Source of the DNA: Acidimicrobiia bacterium
Lineage (GTDB): Bacteria; Actinomycetota; Acidimicrobiia; IMCC26256; PALSA-610
Assembly (NCBI GenBank): GCA_038213435.1
Contig: JBBQTI010000019.1
Location: 659-64,658, forward strand
Length of the DNA stretch: 64,000 nt
Direction of reading: 5' to 3'
Shown here one piece after another: positions 9,848-18,289 of this stretch. Every line of letters starts with the position of its first letter. Within the stretch, counting starts at the first letter, position 1. The translations under genes were made by a program, and so were the position numbers. Under the pieces are notes generated by a model. That model was not told where the DNA came from. It made no database searches and saw only the letters and a program-made list of their open reading frames with translations.

Positions 9848-10503
9848 AGGTGGACATTCACGGGTCGTTGTTCGTCGGCGGCAGCGAGATACCAATGACC
9901 GCCGACCAGCACCGCGAGCATGAGGTAGGTCGTGAGCCCCGTGAAGTGGACAACGCTCGTGACCCTGCCACTCGCGACAACCGTCTTTTGAACCAGGATC
10001 TTTTCGACGACCTTCGCGGAGAAAGCGTCCGGCCTCGTGCTGAGAATCGTGTACCGGCTCGGACCGCCGAGCGTCTCGATCGCTCGCGTGGCGTTGTCGC
10101 GCAGGAGCGTCATGTCGCGGACGTACAGGTCGTGAAGCGTGGTTCCCCTCGCCGCGATCGAAGAAGCGCTCGTGGGGTTCGGCCGGTGAGCCCCGAGCCA
10201 GGCGCCGTAACTCAACAGCGACTTCAGGATCGCGACGTAGTCCTTCCCCGTGTTGACGAGCCTCGGGGGTGGCACGGAGTCATCGAAGCTGAACTCCGGC
10301 GGCGTGGTCGTCGTGATCGTCGTGGCGGTCGCGGTCGTCGTCGGGAGCGGGTGCACGGTCGTCGCGGTGCTGACGGTTCGGAGAGCCGAGGTCGAGCTGT
10401 GGTCCGCCTGCGTTGCCGGCGGACTCGCAGTGGTGTTCGAGCCACTGCACGCGCTCAGCACGACGATGGCCGCGACAAGAACGCTTGATTTCCGCTTCCC
10501 CAC
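9844..10503 (-). CDS. Lipoprotein with a Thr/Ala/Pro-rich linker and a C-terminal globular domain (hypothetical)
   Basis: ORF 9844..10797 trimmed to GTG 10503: VGKRKSSVLVAAIVVLSAC-SGSN, with lipobox LSAC. The linker is TTTATATTITTTTPP. Confidence 0.75.
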   Translation of the reverse strand: MGKRKSSVLVAAIVVLSACSGSNTTASPPATQADHSSTSALRTVSTATTVHPLPTTTATATTITTTTPPEFSFDDSVPPPRLVNTGKDYVAILKSLLSYGAWLGAHRPNPTSASSIAARGTTLHDLYVRDMTLLRDNATRAIETLGGPSRYTILSTRPDAFSAKVVEKILVQKTVVASGRVTSVVHFTGLTTYLMLAVLVGGHWYLAAADEQRPVNVHL

Positions 10504-10887
10504 ACCCGTGCACGTTAGACAGGTCGATGCAAAATGAACGAATAGGAAAGTTGCGTAGCTAAGGCCATGAATATGCCGATATGTCGGGTTTTCTTGGGCG
10601 GGCCCCCTTGCGCAAAGGGCGCACTGAGGCGAGAATTGGCTCTCGACCGCGGTTCGGTTCGCGAGAACCAGTTCCGCCGGCGTGGGGCTGTTGTTGCTCG
10701 CGTTACGAATGCGAGCGATGTTGCCAATGGCAAAGGGGGTTTCACAAGGCCCGACGATTTGGGAGATAGACGGCAAGGTCTCGGGCCGGGCTCTCACTTC
10801 ACAAACGCAAATGTTCCTCAGCGAAGCGGATGTGCCCCGTCGCCCCTAGCGGTCGCGGCGGAGGTTGTGACGCGAGGGGGAATTCCT

Positions 10888-10974
10888 GTGAAGAAGATTG
10901 CTGTCCGTGTCGCTGCTGTCACTGGTGGGCTTGTTGCTGTTCTGCTTGCTGGTGGCGCTTGGGTTCGTGGCTAA
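10888..10974 (+). CDS. Candidate 28-codon small hydrophobic peptide (VKKIAVRVAAVTGGLVAVLLAGGAWVRG)
   Basis: GTG 10888 lies 7 nt after GAGGGGG (10874-10880). The product looks like one TM or a signal peptide. 17 of 27 codons end in T, unlike the neighbouring genes, so coding status is uncertain. Confidence 0.3.
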   Translation: MKKIAVRVAAVTGGLVAVLLAGGAWVRG

Positions 10975-11039
10975 CCGCTCTGCCCGCGGCCTTGCCGCCT
11001 GTCTCCAGATCCGTCCTTTGTTGCCGACAAATAGAGACG

Positions 11040-12380
11040 ATGTCACCGTTTCCTCGACAGCTCCGGTGGTTCACCGTCGCGGTCTTCGCGGTCGCGGTAG
11101 GTGCCGAGCTGTTTTTGGCGCGCCACGAGGGACTTCCGTCCGCGGGCGCCCTCGCAGTGCTTGCCGCACTGGTTCTGCTGTCTGCGCAGATGCTCGTCAG
11201 ACTCCGCGACGGCGTGCTCCTTTCTCCGGGGCTCGGGGTCTGTATGGCGGCAATCGTCGTTTTCCGCGACGAGCACTCCCTCCTCGGAGCGATGCTGGTG
11301 TGTTCTCTCCTCGCCGTACGCCCGAGCTATTTCTCCAAGGCGTCCTGGGGTTGGCTTCCCTTCAACGCCGGTGTCTCGGCGCTTGCATTCCTGGCGGCGG
11401 CGCTGGTCTACGGAACCCTTCCGTCCGCGACCACCGGATCCGCTCTGTACTTCGTGCTCACGGCGATACCGGCCGCGTTTGCATACATGCTCGTGGCCTG
11501 GGCGCTGCTCCTGCTCTCGTACGTCGTCGAAGGCACGAGCTCCTGGCGCGAAGTTCTCGGCGGACTGATTCCGTCCGGAGCAGAGGTACTTCCGTTCGCG
11601 GTCCTGGGCTTTCTTCTCGGTCGGTTGTATCTCTCGCTCGGGCCGGCGGTGATGTTGTTGATCATCGTGCCCATCCTCATCGCGCGCGAGATGTTCGCGT
11701 CGTACATGCGGGTGAAGGAATCGCACGACGAAACCGTCGGGATGCTCATCCGCGCCCTGGAGGCGAAGGATCGATACACCTCCGGGCACTCCGAACGGGT
11801 AGCCGACTACGCGCGTTACATCGGCGAAGAGCTGAATTTCATGCCGGCGCGGCTCGAGCGGCTCCGGTTCGCGGCGCTGATGCACGACATCGGCAAGCTC
11901 GTCGTCCCGAACCAGCTCCTCAACAAACCGGGCCGGCTGACCCCGGAAGAGTTCGCGCACGTTCGCGTCCACGAGAAGGTCAGCGTGCAGATGCTGAGTC
12001 ACATCGACTTCCTGCGCCCGATCGCGGCCGCGGCACACAGCGATAACACGCGGTTCGACCCCGACGACCTCGACCACCCGATCGAGCCCTACATCGTCAT
12101 GATCGCCGACGCATACGACGCCATGACCTCCACGCGCGCCTACCGGAAGGCGCTGTCCCAGGACGTCGCGTTCCGTGAGCTCCGCGACAAAGCGGGCGTC
12201 CAGTTCCACCCGGCCTGCGTCGAGGCGCTCATCCACGCGGTCGAGCGGCGCGGCGAGAAGCACGGCGACGGATTCGAGCGCGACTCCGAATTCGCCAATG
12301 CGCCGGTCGCCGGCCTCGGGAGTGCCGGCCTCGGCGATCTGCTCGAGAACGAGGCGTCCGAAACGTCCCCGTCGTCCTGA
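11040..12380 (+). CDS. Polytopic membrane protein with a C-terminal HD-GYP-type HD domain (non-canonical GYP segment)
   Basis: ORF 10830..12380 trimmed to ATG 11040 (MSPFPRQLRWFTV...). About 7-8 TM helices, then HD-domain motifs: YTSGHSERVADYA, AALMHDIGKLVVP, IADAYDAMTSTRAYRKAL. Where HHExxDGxGYP is expected it reads AAAHSDNTRFD. Confidence 0.85.
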   Translation: MSPFPRQLRWFTVAVFAVAVGAELFLARHEGLPSAGALAVLAALVLLSAQMLVRLRDGVLLSPGLGVCMAAIVVFRDEHSLLGAMLVCSLLAVRPSYFSKASWGWLPFNAGVSALAFLAAALVYGTLPSATTGSALYFVLTAIPAAFAYMLVAWALLLLSYVVEGTSSWREVLGGLIPSGAEVLPFAVLGFLLGRLYLSLGPAVMLLIIVPILIAREMFASYMRVKESHDETVGMLIRALEAKDRYTSGHSERVADYARYIGEELNFMPARLERLRFAALMHDIGKLVVPNQLLNKPGRLTPEEFAHVRVHEKVSVQMLSHIDFLRPIAAAAHSDNTRFDPDDLDHPIEPYIVMIADAYDAMTSTRAYRKALSQDVAFRELRDKAGVQFHPACVEALIHAVERRGEKHGDGFERDSEFANAPVAGLGSAGLGDLLENEASETSPSS

Positions 12381-12437
12381 CCCGGACGGAAACGCACCCC
12401 CGGCGTATCCGGCTCGCTACGCTCGGTTGACCAGATC

Positions 12438-12456
12438 GGGCTGATCAGCCCTTTTC
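12438..12456 (+). terminator. Intrinsic-terminator-like hairpin after the HD-GYP-like gene
   Basis: Perfect palindrome GGGCTGATCAGCCC (12438-12451) followed by TTTTCC, 58 nt after the stop at 12380. Confidence 0.5.
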
Positions 12457-12521
12457 CGCCCGCCGAAGGCTGCCGAGAACAACGTGATGCGGCTGCAACC
12501 ACGACCCTCGGGCGCGACGGG

Positions 12522-13676
12522 ATGACGCGACGCAACCGGGTGGTCCTCGTCTGCGTGCTCGGGCTCGTCGCGGGCACCGTCGCACACTTCGTCGACGGCG
12601 CCGGCCGCACCGACGCACTCACGTTCCTCGCGGCGGGTCTCGTTCTCGGCGAGCTCCTTGCATTGCGGCTCGAGGATCGCAGCGAGCTGCCCCTCTCGTA
12701 CGCGGTACTCGTCGTGCTCGCGTCGTCGTTCAGCCTGCGCCAGTACGCGATCGCCGTGCTCGGCGCGCAGCTCGTGTCGATCCTGTTGCGCACTACCGAC
12801 CGCGGCCGCACCTGGCGGCTCACGATCTTCGTCGAACGGGTCGCGGTCGCGGCGGCGACGTACGCCGCGTATCAAGGCGCGTGGCACCTCCTCGGCCGGC
12901 GCGAGCAGGTCGCGCCGGTGCTCGGCGCGCTCGTGGCCGCCGCGGGCGCGCAGCTGCTGGTCGACGTGAGCGCGAGCAGGTTGTTCCGCCTCGGCGCGTC
13001 GTTCGAGGCCCGGGGCCGGCTCGCCTGGTTGGCGATCGCCTCGTCGGGCATGTTGATGGCGATCGGCTACCGGGGCGTCAATGGTGACGGACGGGTCGGG
13101 ATCTGGGGACCGTTGCTGTTCTCCACGCCGCTGCTCGCCGCCTGGTACGCGTTCGAACGGCTCGACGAGGCCACCCGCTCGTACCGTCAGACGATCGAAG
13201 CGCTGGCGATGGCACCCGAGCTCGGGGGAATGGTGCCTCCCGGTCACGCCGAGCGCGTTGCAACGCTTGCAACGGCAATGGGGGAGCAGCTCGGGTTGTC
13301 GGACACCGACGTGCGCGATCTGGAGATGGCCGCACTCTTGCACCACCTCGGGCAGGTCACGCTCGACGATCCGGTCGACGAGCGCGGCGTCGATCCGGCC
13401 GAGGTGACCGCCGTGACCGGCGCGATGTTGCGAGAGATCCGCCCGCTCGTGTCGGCGGGTGAGATCATCGCCGGAGAGGTCGACGACCCGAAGCGCCGGC
13501 TTGCCGTCCAGGCTCTGCGCCTCGCCAGCGAGTACGACGATTTGACCGCCCGTGACAACGTGCCGGGCGATCTCGCGGTCGAGTCGCTGAGGTCGGCCCC
13601 CTCGTACGTCTACGACGAGCGGGTCGTGGTCGCGCTGGAACGGGTGCTGCGCGATCGGATCAGCGCCGGCCGCTGA
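12522..13676 (+). CDS. Polytopic membrane protein with a degenerate HD-like C-terminal domain (paralog of 11040-12380)
   Basis: 384 aa with the same architecture. The HD dyad reads HH (GHAERVATLATAMG ... MAALLHHLGQV), and the IADxYDAMT equivalent is LASEYDDLT. Confidence 0.75.
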   Translation: MTRRNRVVLVCVLGLVAGTVAHFVDGAGRTDALTFLAAGLVLGELLALRLEDRSELPLSYAVLVVLASSFSLRQYAIAVLGAQLVSILLRTTDRGRTWRLTIFVERVAVAAATYAAYQGAWHLLGRREQVAPVLGALVAAAGAQLLVDVSASRLFRLGASFEARGRLAWLAIASSGMLMAIGYRGVNGDGRVGIWGPLLFSTPLLAAWYAFERLDEATRSYRQTIEALAMAPELGGMVPPGHAERVATLATAMGEQLGLSDTDVRDLEMAALLHHLGQVTLDDPVDERGVDPAEVTAVTGAMLREIRPLVSAGEIIAGEVDDPKRRLAVQALRLASEYDDLTARDNVPGDLAVESLRSAPSYVYDERVVVALERVLRDRISAGR

Positions 13677-14373
13677 CCCGTCGCTCGCCGCTGGAGTGGC
13701 TCAAGACCAGCGGGCGCTCGTGCCCGCGCTCGTGCTCGTGCTCGTGCTTCTCGTTCAACTCCTGCTGCTCGAGCCGGCCGAGGTCGATATCGCGCGACTC
13801 CAGAGGTCCGCGCGGCTCGCGACGTCTGCGCTTGCGGCTCGCGTGGTACGCGACGTCGAACAGGCCCACGACGAGGATGAGGTCGCCGAAGCTCATCACC
13901 GATTCGATCGGACGCTGCAGCACGATGATGTCGGAGAGGAACCGGAGCTTGTCGTCCGGTTGTTGCGGATGATGCTTGACCGTCGCCTGGGCCCAAGGCT
14001 TGCCGGCCCACTCGGCCGGGAATTTCACGGGCATTCCCTGGTTCAGGGTGATCACGAGCGCGTTGCACGCGATACCGATGAGGACGATGCCCATCCCGCG
14101 GAGCACGAGGTTGCGGGCGGCGAACGCCAGGATGAGGACGTAGGACGCGACGAGTAGCCCGAAGCCCAGATCATGCCAGTGGGCTCTCGGGATGGTCACG
14201 TACTCGAGCAGGATCTGGATCGTGAGCCCGATGAACAGCGCCGATCGGAGCCGCCAGCGCACGTCGAGGAGCCGGATATACGAGCCTCTCGTGACGAGCG
14301 GGATCAGGGGCGCCACGACGACGACGATCGCGTACACCAGCACGAGATGAATGGTACGCGAATACGATCCCAA
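13660..14373 (-). CDS. DUF5317-like membrane protein with a His/Glu-rich tail
   Basis: 237 aa with 4-5 TM helices. The conserved-looking ACNALVITLNQGMPV segment is what I associate with DUF5317. The C-terminal tail is EKHEHEHERGHER. The start is uncertain (GTG 14343 is an alternative). The 3' end overlaps the preceding gene by 17 nt. Confidence 0.65.
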   Translation of the reverse strand: MGSYSRTIHLVLVYAIVVVVAPLIPLVTRGSYIRLLDVRWRLRSALFIGLTIQILLEYVTIPRAHWHDLGFGLLVASYVLILAFAARNLVLRGMGIVLIGIACNALVITLNQGMPVKFPAEWAGKPWAQATVKHHPQQPDDKLRFLSDIIVLQRPIESVMSFGDLILVVGLFDVAYHASRKRRRREPRGPLESRDIDLGRLEQQELNEKHEHEHERGHERPLVLSHSSGERRVSGRR

Positions 14374-15157
14374 TTTGATGCCTGACGAGGTTCTCTACGA
14401 AAACGCCGCGGGCGTGGCTCGAGTGACGATCAACCGTCCGGAGCGCCGCAACGCGATGTCGTTCGGGGTCATGCAGGGTTTGCGTCAGGCCATCGCGCGC
14501 GCCCACGAGAACGATGAGGTGCGGGTCGTCGTGCTCACGGGCGCCGGCGACAAGGCGTTTTGCGCGGGCGCCGATCTCGCTTCCGGCGGGATCGCCGACG
14601 GTGCGGCCTCGGCGCACGACGGGCGAGGCCAGCTTGCCGACCTGTTTCGCGAGATGTGGGCACTCGGCAAGCCGGTGATCGCGCGGGTGCGCGGCTACGC
14701 GCTCGCCGGCGGCTTCGGTCTCGCATGCGCGTGCGACCTGATCGTGGCATCCGACGACGCGGTGTTCGGTACCCCCGAGATCAATGTCGGATTGTGGCCG
14801 TACATGATCTCGGTTCCGTTGCTCCGATCCATGCCCCCGAAGACGGTGCTCGACCTGATGATGACAGGACGGCGCGTCACGGCCGAGGAGGGTGCGCGCA
14901 TCGGCTTCGTGCAGCGGGTGGTGCGCGTCGCCGAGCTGGACGCGGCGGTCGACGCCCTCGCGACCGAGCTCGCGTCGAAATCGCCGATCGTCATGCGCTG
15001 GGGCAGAGATTCGTTCTATCGCGTGCTCGAGATGGACGCCGACGCGGCGCTTTCGTATCTCCAGGGCATGCTGACCGTCACTTCGCAGACCGAGGACGCG
15101 GCCGAAGGTGTCGCCGCATTCGCAGAGAAGCGCGCGCCGCGATGGAAGGGACGGTAG
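14351..15157 (+). CDS. Enoyl-CoA hydratase/isomerase (crotonase) family protein
   Basis: 268 aa. VARVTINRPERRNAM and FCAGADL crotonase motifs. ATG 14378 is an alternative start. Confidence 0.9.
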   Translation: MVREYDPNLMPDEVLYENAAGVARVTINRPERRNAMSFGVMQGLRQAIARAHENDEVRVVVLTGAGDKAFCAGADLASGGIADGAASAHDGRGQLADLFREMWALGKPVIARVRGYALAGGFGLACACDLIVASDDAVFGTPEINVGLWPYMISVPLLRSMPPKTVLDLMMTGRRVTAEEGARIGFVQRVVRVAELDAAVDALATELASKSPIVMRWGRDSFYRVLEMDADAALSYLQGMLTVTSQTEDAAEGVAAFAEKRAPRWKGR

Positions 15158-16731
15158 CGACGATGGCCGACCCGCGCCACGACTGGGGACCGCTCGTCGG
15201 CGATCTGGCCACGCGCAAGGCCCGCGCGCTCGAGATGGGCGGGGAGAAGCTTGTCGAACGTCAGCACTCGCTCGGCAAGCTGACGGTGCGAGAGCGGCTC
15301 GACCTGCTCGTCGATCCCGGTACCTGGGTCGAGTACGGCCTGCTCGCCGATCACATGGATGCAGGCCTCGGAGACCGCACGCTCGCGGCCGACGGCGCGA
15401 TCACCGGCGTCGGCGCGGTCGACGGCCGGCTCGTCGCGATCGCGGCCTACGACTTCACGGTGATGGCGGGCTCGATGGGTGCGGTGGGGGAGAGCAAGAT
15501 CACCCGCATGCGCGCGCACGCGGTGCGCCAGCGCATCCCGTTCGTCTGGCTCCTCGACTCCGCCGGAGCGCGCATCCAGTCGACGAGCGGTTCGAGCTTC
15601 GCCGGTGCCGGCGCGCTGTTCCGCGAGCAGGTCGCGATGAGCGGCGTCGTGCCGATGGTCGCGGCGATGCTCGGGCACTGCGCGGCTGGTACCGCATACA
15701 TTCCCGGTCTTGCCGACTTCGTGCCGATGGTGAAGGGCACATCGTCGATGGCGCTCGGTGGTCGGCATCTCGTCAAGGCCGCGGTGGGCGAGGACGTGAC
15801 CGAGGAAGAGATGGGCGGCTCCGCGGTGCATACGAAGGTGTCCGGAGTCGCCGACCTCGAGGTAGCCGACGACGAGGAGTGCCTGCGGGCCGTGCGCGAT
15901 TACCTGTCGTTCTTCCCGCAGCACAATCGGGCATCTCCACCCGTACGCGGTACGAACGATCCCGTCGACCGCCGGGCCGAGGAGCTGTACGAGCTGGTGC
16001 CGACCGCGCCGCGCCGCGCGTACGACGTCCGCAAGGTGGTGCACGCGATCGTCGACGACGGCGACGTGTTCTGGATGAAGCCCGAATGGGCGAAGAATCT
16101 CGTGACCGGGTTGGCGCGGGTTGGTGGTCAACCCGTCGGCATCGTCGCGAACCAGCCCATGGTCCTCGGTGGCGCGCTCGACGTCAACGCGGCCGACAAG
16201 GCGGCGCGTTTCGTCTGGTTGTGCGACGCGTTCAACATCCCGCTCGTGTTCCTGCACGACGTGCCCGGTTTCATCGTCGGATCGGCGGTCGAGAAGCAAG
16301 GCATCATCCGGCACGGCGCCAAGATGCTGTTCGCGGTGAGCGAGGCGACGGTGCCCAAGATCTCGGTCGTGCTGCGCAAGAGCTACGGAGCCGGCTACTT
16401 CGTCATGAACGGACTCGCGTACGAGGCCGACTACATCGTGGCGTGGCCGACGGCCGAGATCGCCGTGATGGGGCCCGACGGCGCGGTGAACATCATCCAC
16501 CGGAGGCAACTCGAAGCGATCGAAGACGAAGAGGAGCGCGTCGCGAAGCGGCTGGAGCTGGCCGCGGAGATCCGCGCGAACATCGACCCGTACATCGCGG
16601 CCGGTCACGCGCAGCTCGACGACGTGATCGACCCCGCCGACACTCGCGCCGCGATCGCCCGAGGCCTGCGCATCACGGCCGACAAGCAGGTCGACCGCCC
16701 GTGGCGCAAGCACGGCGTCCTCCCGGTGTGA
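15142..16731 (+). CDS. Acyl-CoA carboxylase carboxyltransferase (beta) subunit
   Basis: In-frame tail of ORF 14560..16731 starting at ATG 15142 (or 15163). Colinear with the AccD/PccB family (GKLTVRERLDLLVDPG, VAIAAYDFTVMAGSMG, GIVANQP, SYGAGYF). Confidence 0.9.
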   Translation: MEGTVATMADPRHDWGPLVGDLATRKARALEMGGEKLVERQHSLGKLTVRERLDLLVDPGTWVEYGLLADHMDAGLGDRTLAADGAITGVGAVDGRLVAIAAYDFTVMAGSMGAVGESKITRMRAHAVRQRIPFVWLLDSAGARIQSTSGSSFAGAGALFREQVAMSGVVPMVAAMLGHCAAGTAYIPGLADFVPMVKGTSSMALGGRHLVKAAVGEDVTEEEMGGSAVHTKVSGVADLEVADDEECLRAVRDYLSFFPQHNRASPPVRGTNDPVDRRAEELYELVPTAPRRAYDVRKVVHAIVDDGDVFWMKPEWAKNLVTGLARVGGQPVGIVANQPMVLGGALDVNAADKAARFVWLCDAFNIPLVFLHDVPGFIVGSAVEKQGIIRHGAKMLFAVSEATVPKISVVLRKSYGAGYFVMNGLAYEADYIVAWPTAEIAVMGPDGAVNIIHRRQLEAIEDEEERVAKRLELAAEIRANIDPYIAAGHAQLDDVIDPADTRAAIARGLRITADKQVDRPWRKHGVLPV

Positions 16732-16878
16732 CTCCGTCGCCCCCGACTGTCCGTCGGACGACGTACGTGTCGCTGCGTTCCCTGAGGGGGTATGGAATGT
16801 CACACGCGTCGGTGAACGCCGCTTTCGGGCATGCGCAGATACAGCAAGAACGTCTGACGCCGAATACGATCTTCGTCC

Positions 16879-17097
16879 ATGGCCGAGATCCACGCGGAGA
16901 TCACCGCGAACGTATGGCAAGTCGTCGTCGAGGAGGGCCAGATGGTCGCCGAGGGCGACGAGATCTGCATCCTCGAGTCGATGAAGATGGAGATCCCGGT
17001 GATCACCGAGGTTCCGGGCGTCGTGCGCGAGCTCGACGTCGAGCCCGGCCAGACGGTGCAAGAGGGCGATCGCATCGCGTTGATCGACGAGTCCTGA
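16879..17097 (+). CDS. Stand-alone biotinyl (BCCP-type) domain protein
   Basis: 72 aa. Biotin attachment motif ILESMKMEIPV. No obvious SD in front of ATG 16879. Confidence 0.85.
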   Translation: MAEIHAEITANVWQVVVEEGQMVAEGDEICILESMKMEIPVITEVPGVVRELDVEPGQTVQEGDRIALIDES

Positions 17098-17113
17098 GCG
17101 AATCGACCGTCGT

Positions 17114-17875
17114 GTGATCCACTTCGAAGAGCGGGGGCAGGTAGGCGTTGCGACGATCGATCGCCCGGAGCGTCGCAACGCGCTGAACGCCGAGTTGTGC
17201 GCGCAGCTGCGAGATCGTCTCGAGCGGTCCGGTGAGTTGCGAGCGATTGTCATCACCGGAGCCGGGACCGCGTTCTGCTCTGGTGCCGATCTCGTGACCC
17301 GCTTCGCCGCCGGCGGCGACGCGACCACCGACACGTTCCGACCCGCATTCGAAGAAGTGCTCGACGCGATCGTTGCCCACCCGGCGCCCGTTGTCGCGGC
17401 GATCAACGGCCCCGCGATCGGAGCGGGGATGCAGCTCGCGGTCGCGTGCGACCTGCGCGTCGCCGCGCTCGGCGCGCGCCTCGCCATCCCCGGCGGCAAG
17501 CTGGGTATCCACCTCAGCGCCCGCAACATCTGGCGACTCGCCCAGCTCGTAGGCCAGGGCGCGGCCCGCGACTTCCTGCTCGCGGGGCGTACCGTCGACG
17601 CCGAGGAGGCGCTGCGCATGGGTCTGGTGCAGTACGTCGAGCACGACGCGCCGGCCGCGGCGCTCGCGGTCGCGGGCGAGATCGCGGCGTCGGCGCCGCT
17701 GACCGTTCGAGGGCACAAGCGCGCGTTGAATCTCATCGCCGACGCACAGTGGCTCGGTGACGGCGCTCGGGCCGCGATCGCCGACCTCGAGGCGCGCGCG
17801 TTCGCGAGCGACGACCTCCGAGAAGGCATGGCCGCCTTCGCCGAGAAGCGCACTCCCGACTTCCACGGCACGTAA
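17114..17875 (+). CDS. Enoyl-CoA hydratase/isomerase family protein
   Basis: 253 aa with a GTG start. VATIDRPERRNALN and FCSGADL. Confidence 0.9.
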   Translation: MIHFEERGQVGVATIDRPERRNALNAELCAQLRDRLERSGELRAIVITGAGTAFCSGADLVTRFAAGGDATTDTFRPAFEEVLDAIVAHPAPVVAAINGPAIGAGMQLAVACDLRVAALGARLAIPGGKLGIHLSARNIWRLAQLVGQGAARDFLLAGRTVDAEEALRMGLVQYVEHDAPAAALAVAGEIAASAPLTVRGHKRALNLIADAQWLGDGARAAIADLEARAFASDDLREGMAAFAEKRTPDFHGT

Positions 17876-17885
17876 GCGGGGTCGG

Positions 17886-18289
17886 ATGGCTTCTCAGGAC
17901 GATGTTCGTCGGATCCCGTTGTCGCTGCCCGAAACGGTCGAGTCGAATGATCGCTTCGCGTTCTCGGTTTTCGACCGGGGCAAGGAGAAGGGGTCGTCTG
18001 GGTCTGGCTCGAGCGCCTCGAGCCGAAGAAGCCTCGCGTTCCCAATCCTGCCGTCGTCGCCATTCGCGTCGCCGACGAAGCCGAGAAACAGACGTTGCTC
18101 GCCGTCGACGACAAGAAGTTCTTCACCGAAGATCACTACAACGGCTATCCCGCGATCCTGGTTCGGCTCGCGGCCATCGAGGCGGACGAAGTCGAAGAGC
18201 TGATCACCGACGCGTGGCGCTGTATGGCGCCGCGCGCGCTGGTCGAGGATTTCGACGAGCATGAACCGAGCGGAGCATCGGATGGTTGA
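17886..18289 (+). pseudogene. MmcQ/YjbR-family protein split by a 1-nt frame disruption in a G run
   Basis: ATG 17886 gives MASQDDVRRIPLSLPETVESNDRFAFSVFDRGKEKG. It continues one frame over as VVWVWLERLEPKKPRVPNPAVVAIRVADEAEKQTLLAVDDKKFFTEDHYNGYPAILVRL...WRCMAPRAL. The switch is at GGGG 17990-17993. Confidence 0.7.

Noticed and set aside
16792-17117. ATG 16792/16797 ORFs behind the strong SD upstream of the BCCP gene
   Set aside because: The first ORF is only 7 codons. The second runs out of frame across the whole BCCP gene with an Arg/Gly-rich nonsense product. I keep it only as a note on start-site ambiguity.
15016-18126. 1036-aa ORF on the minus strand spanning the carboxylase/crotonase cluster
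   Set aside because: The composition is Arg/Ala/Ser/Pro-rich and low-complexity, with no recognisable motifs. It is antisense to four well-supported plus-strand genes. This is a typical high-GC shadow ORF.
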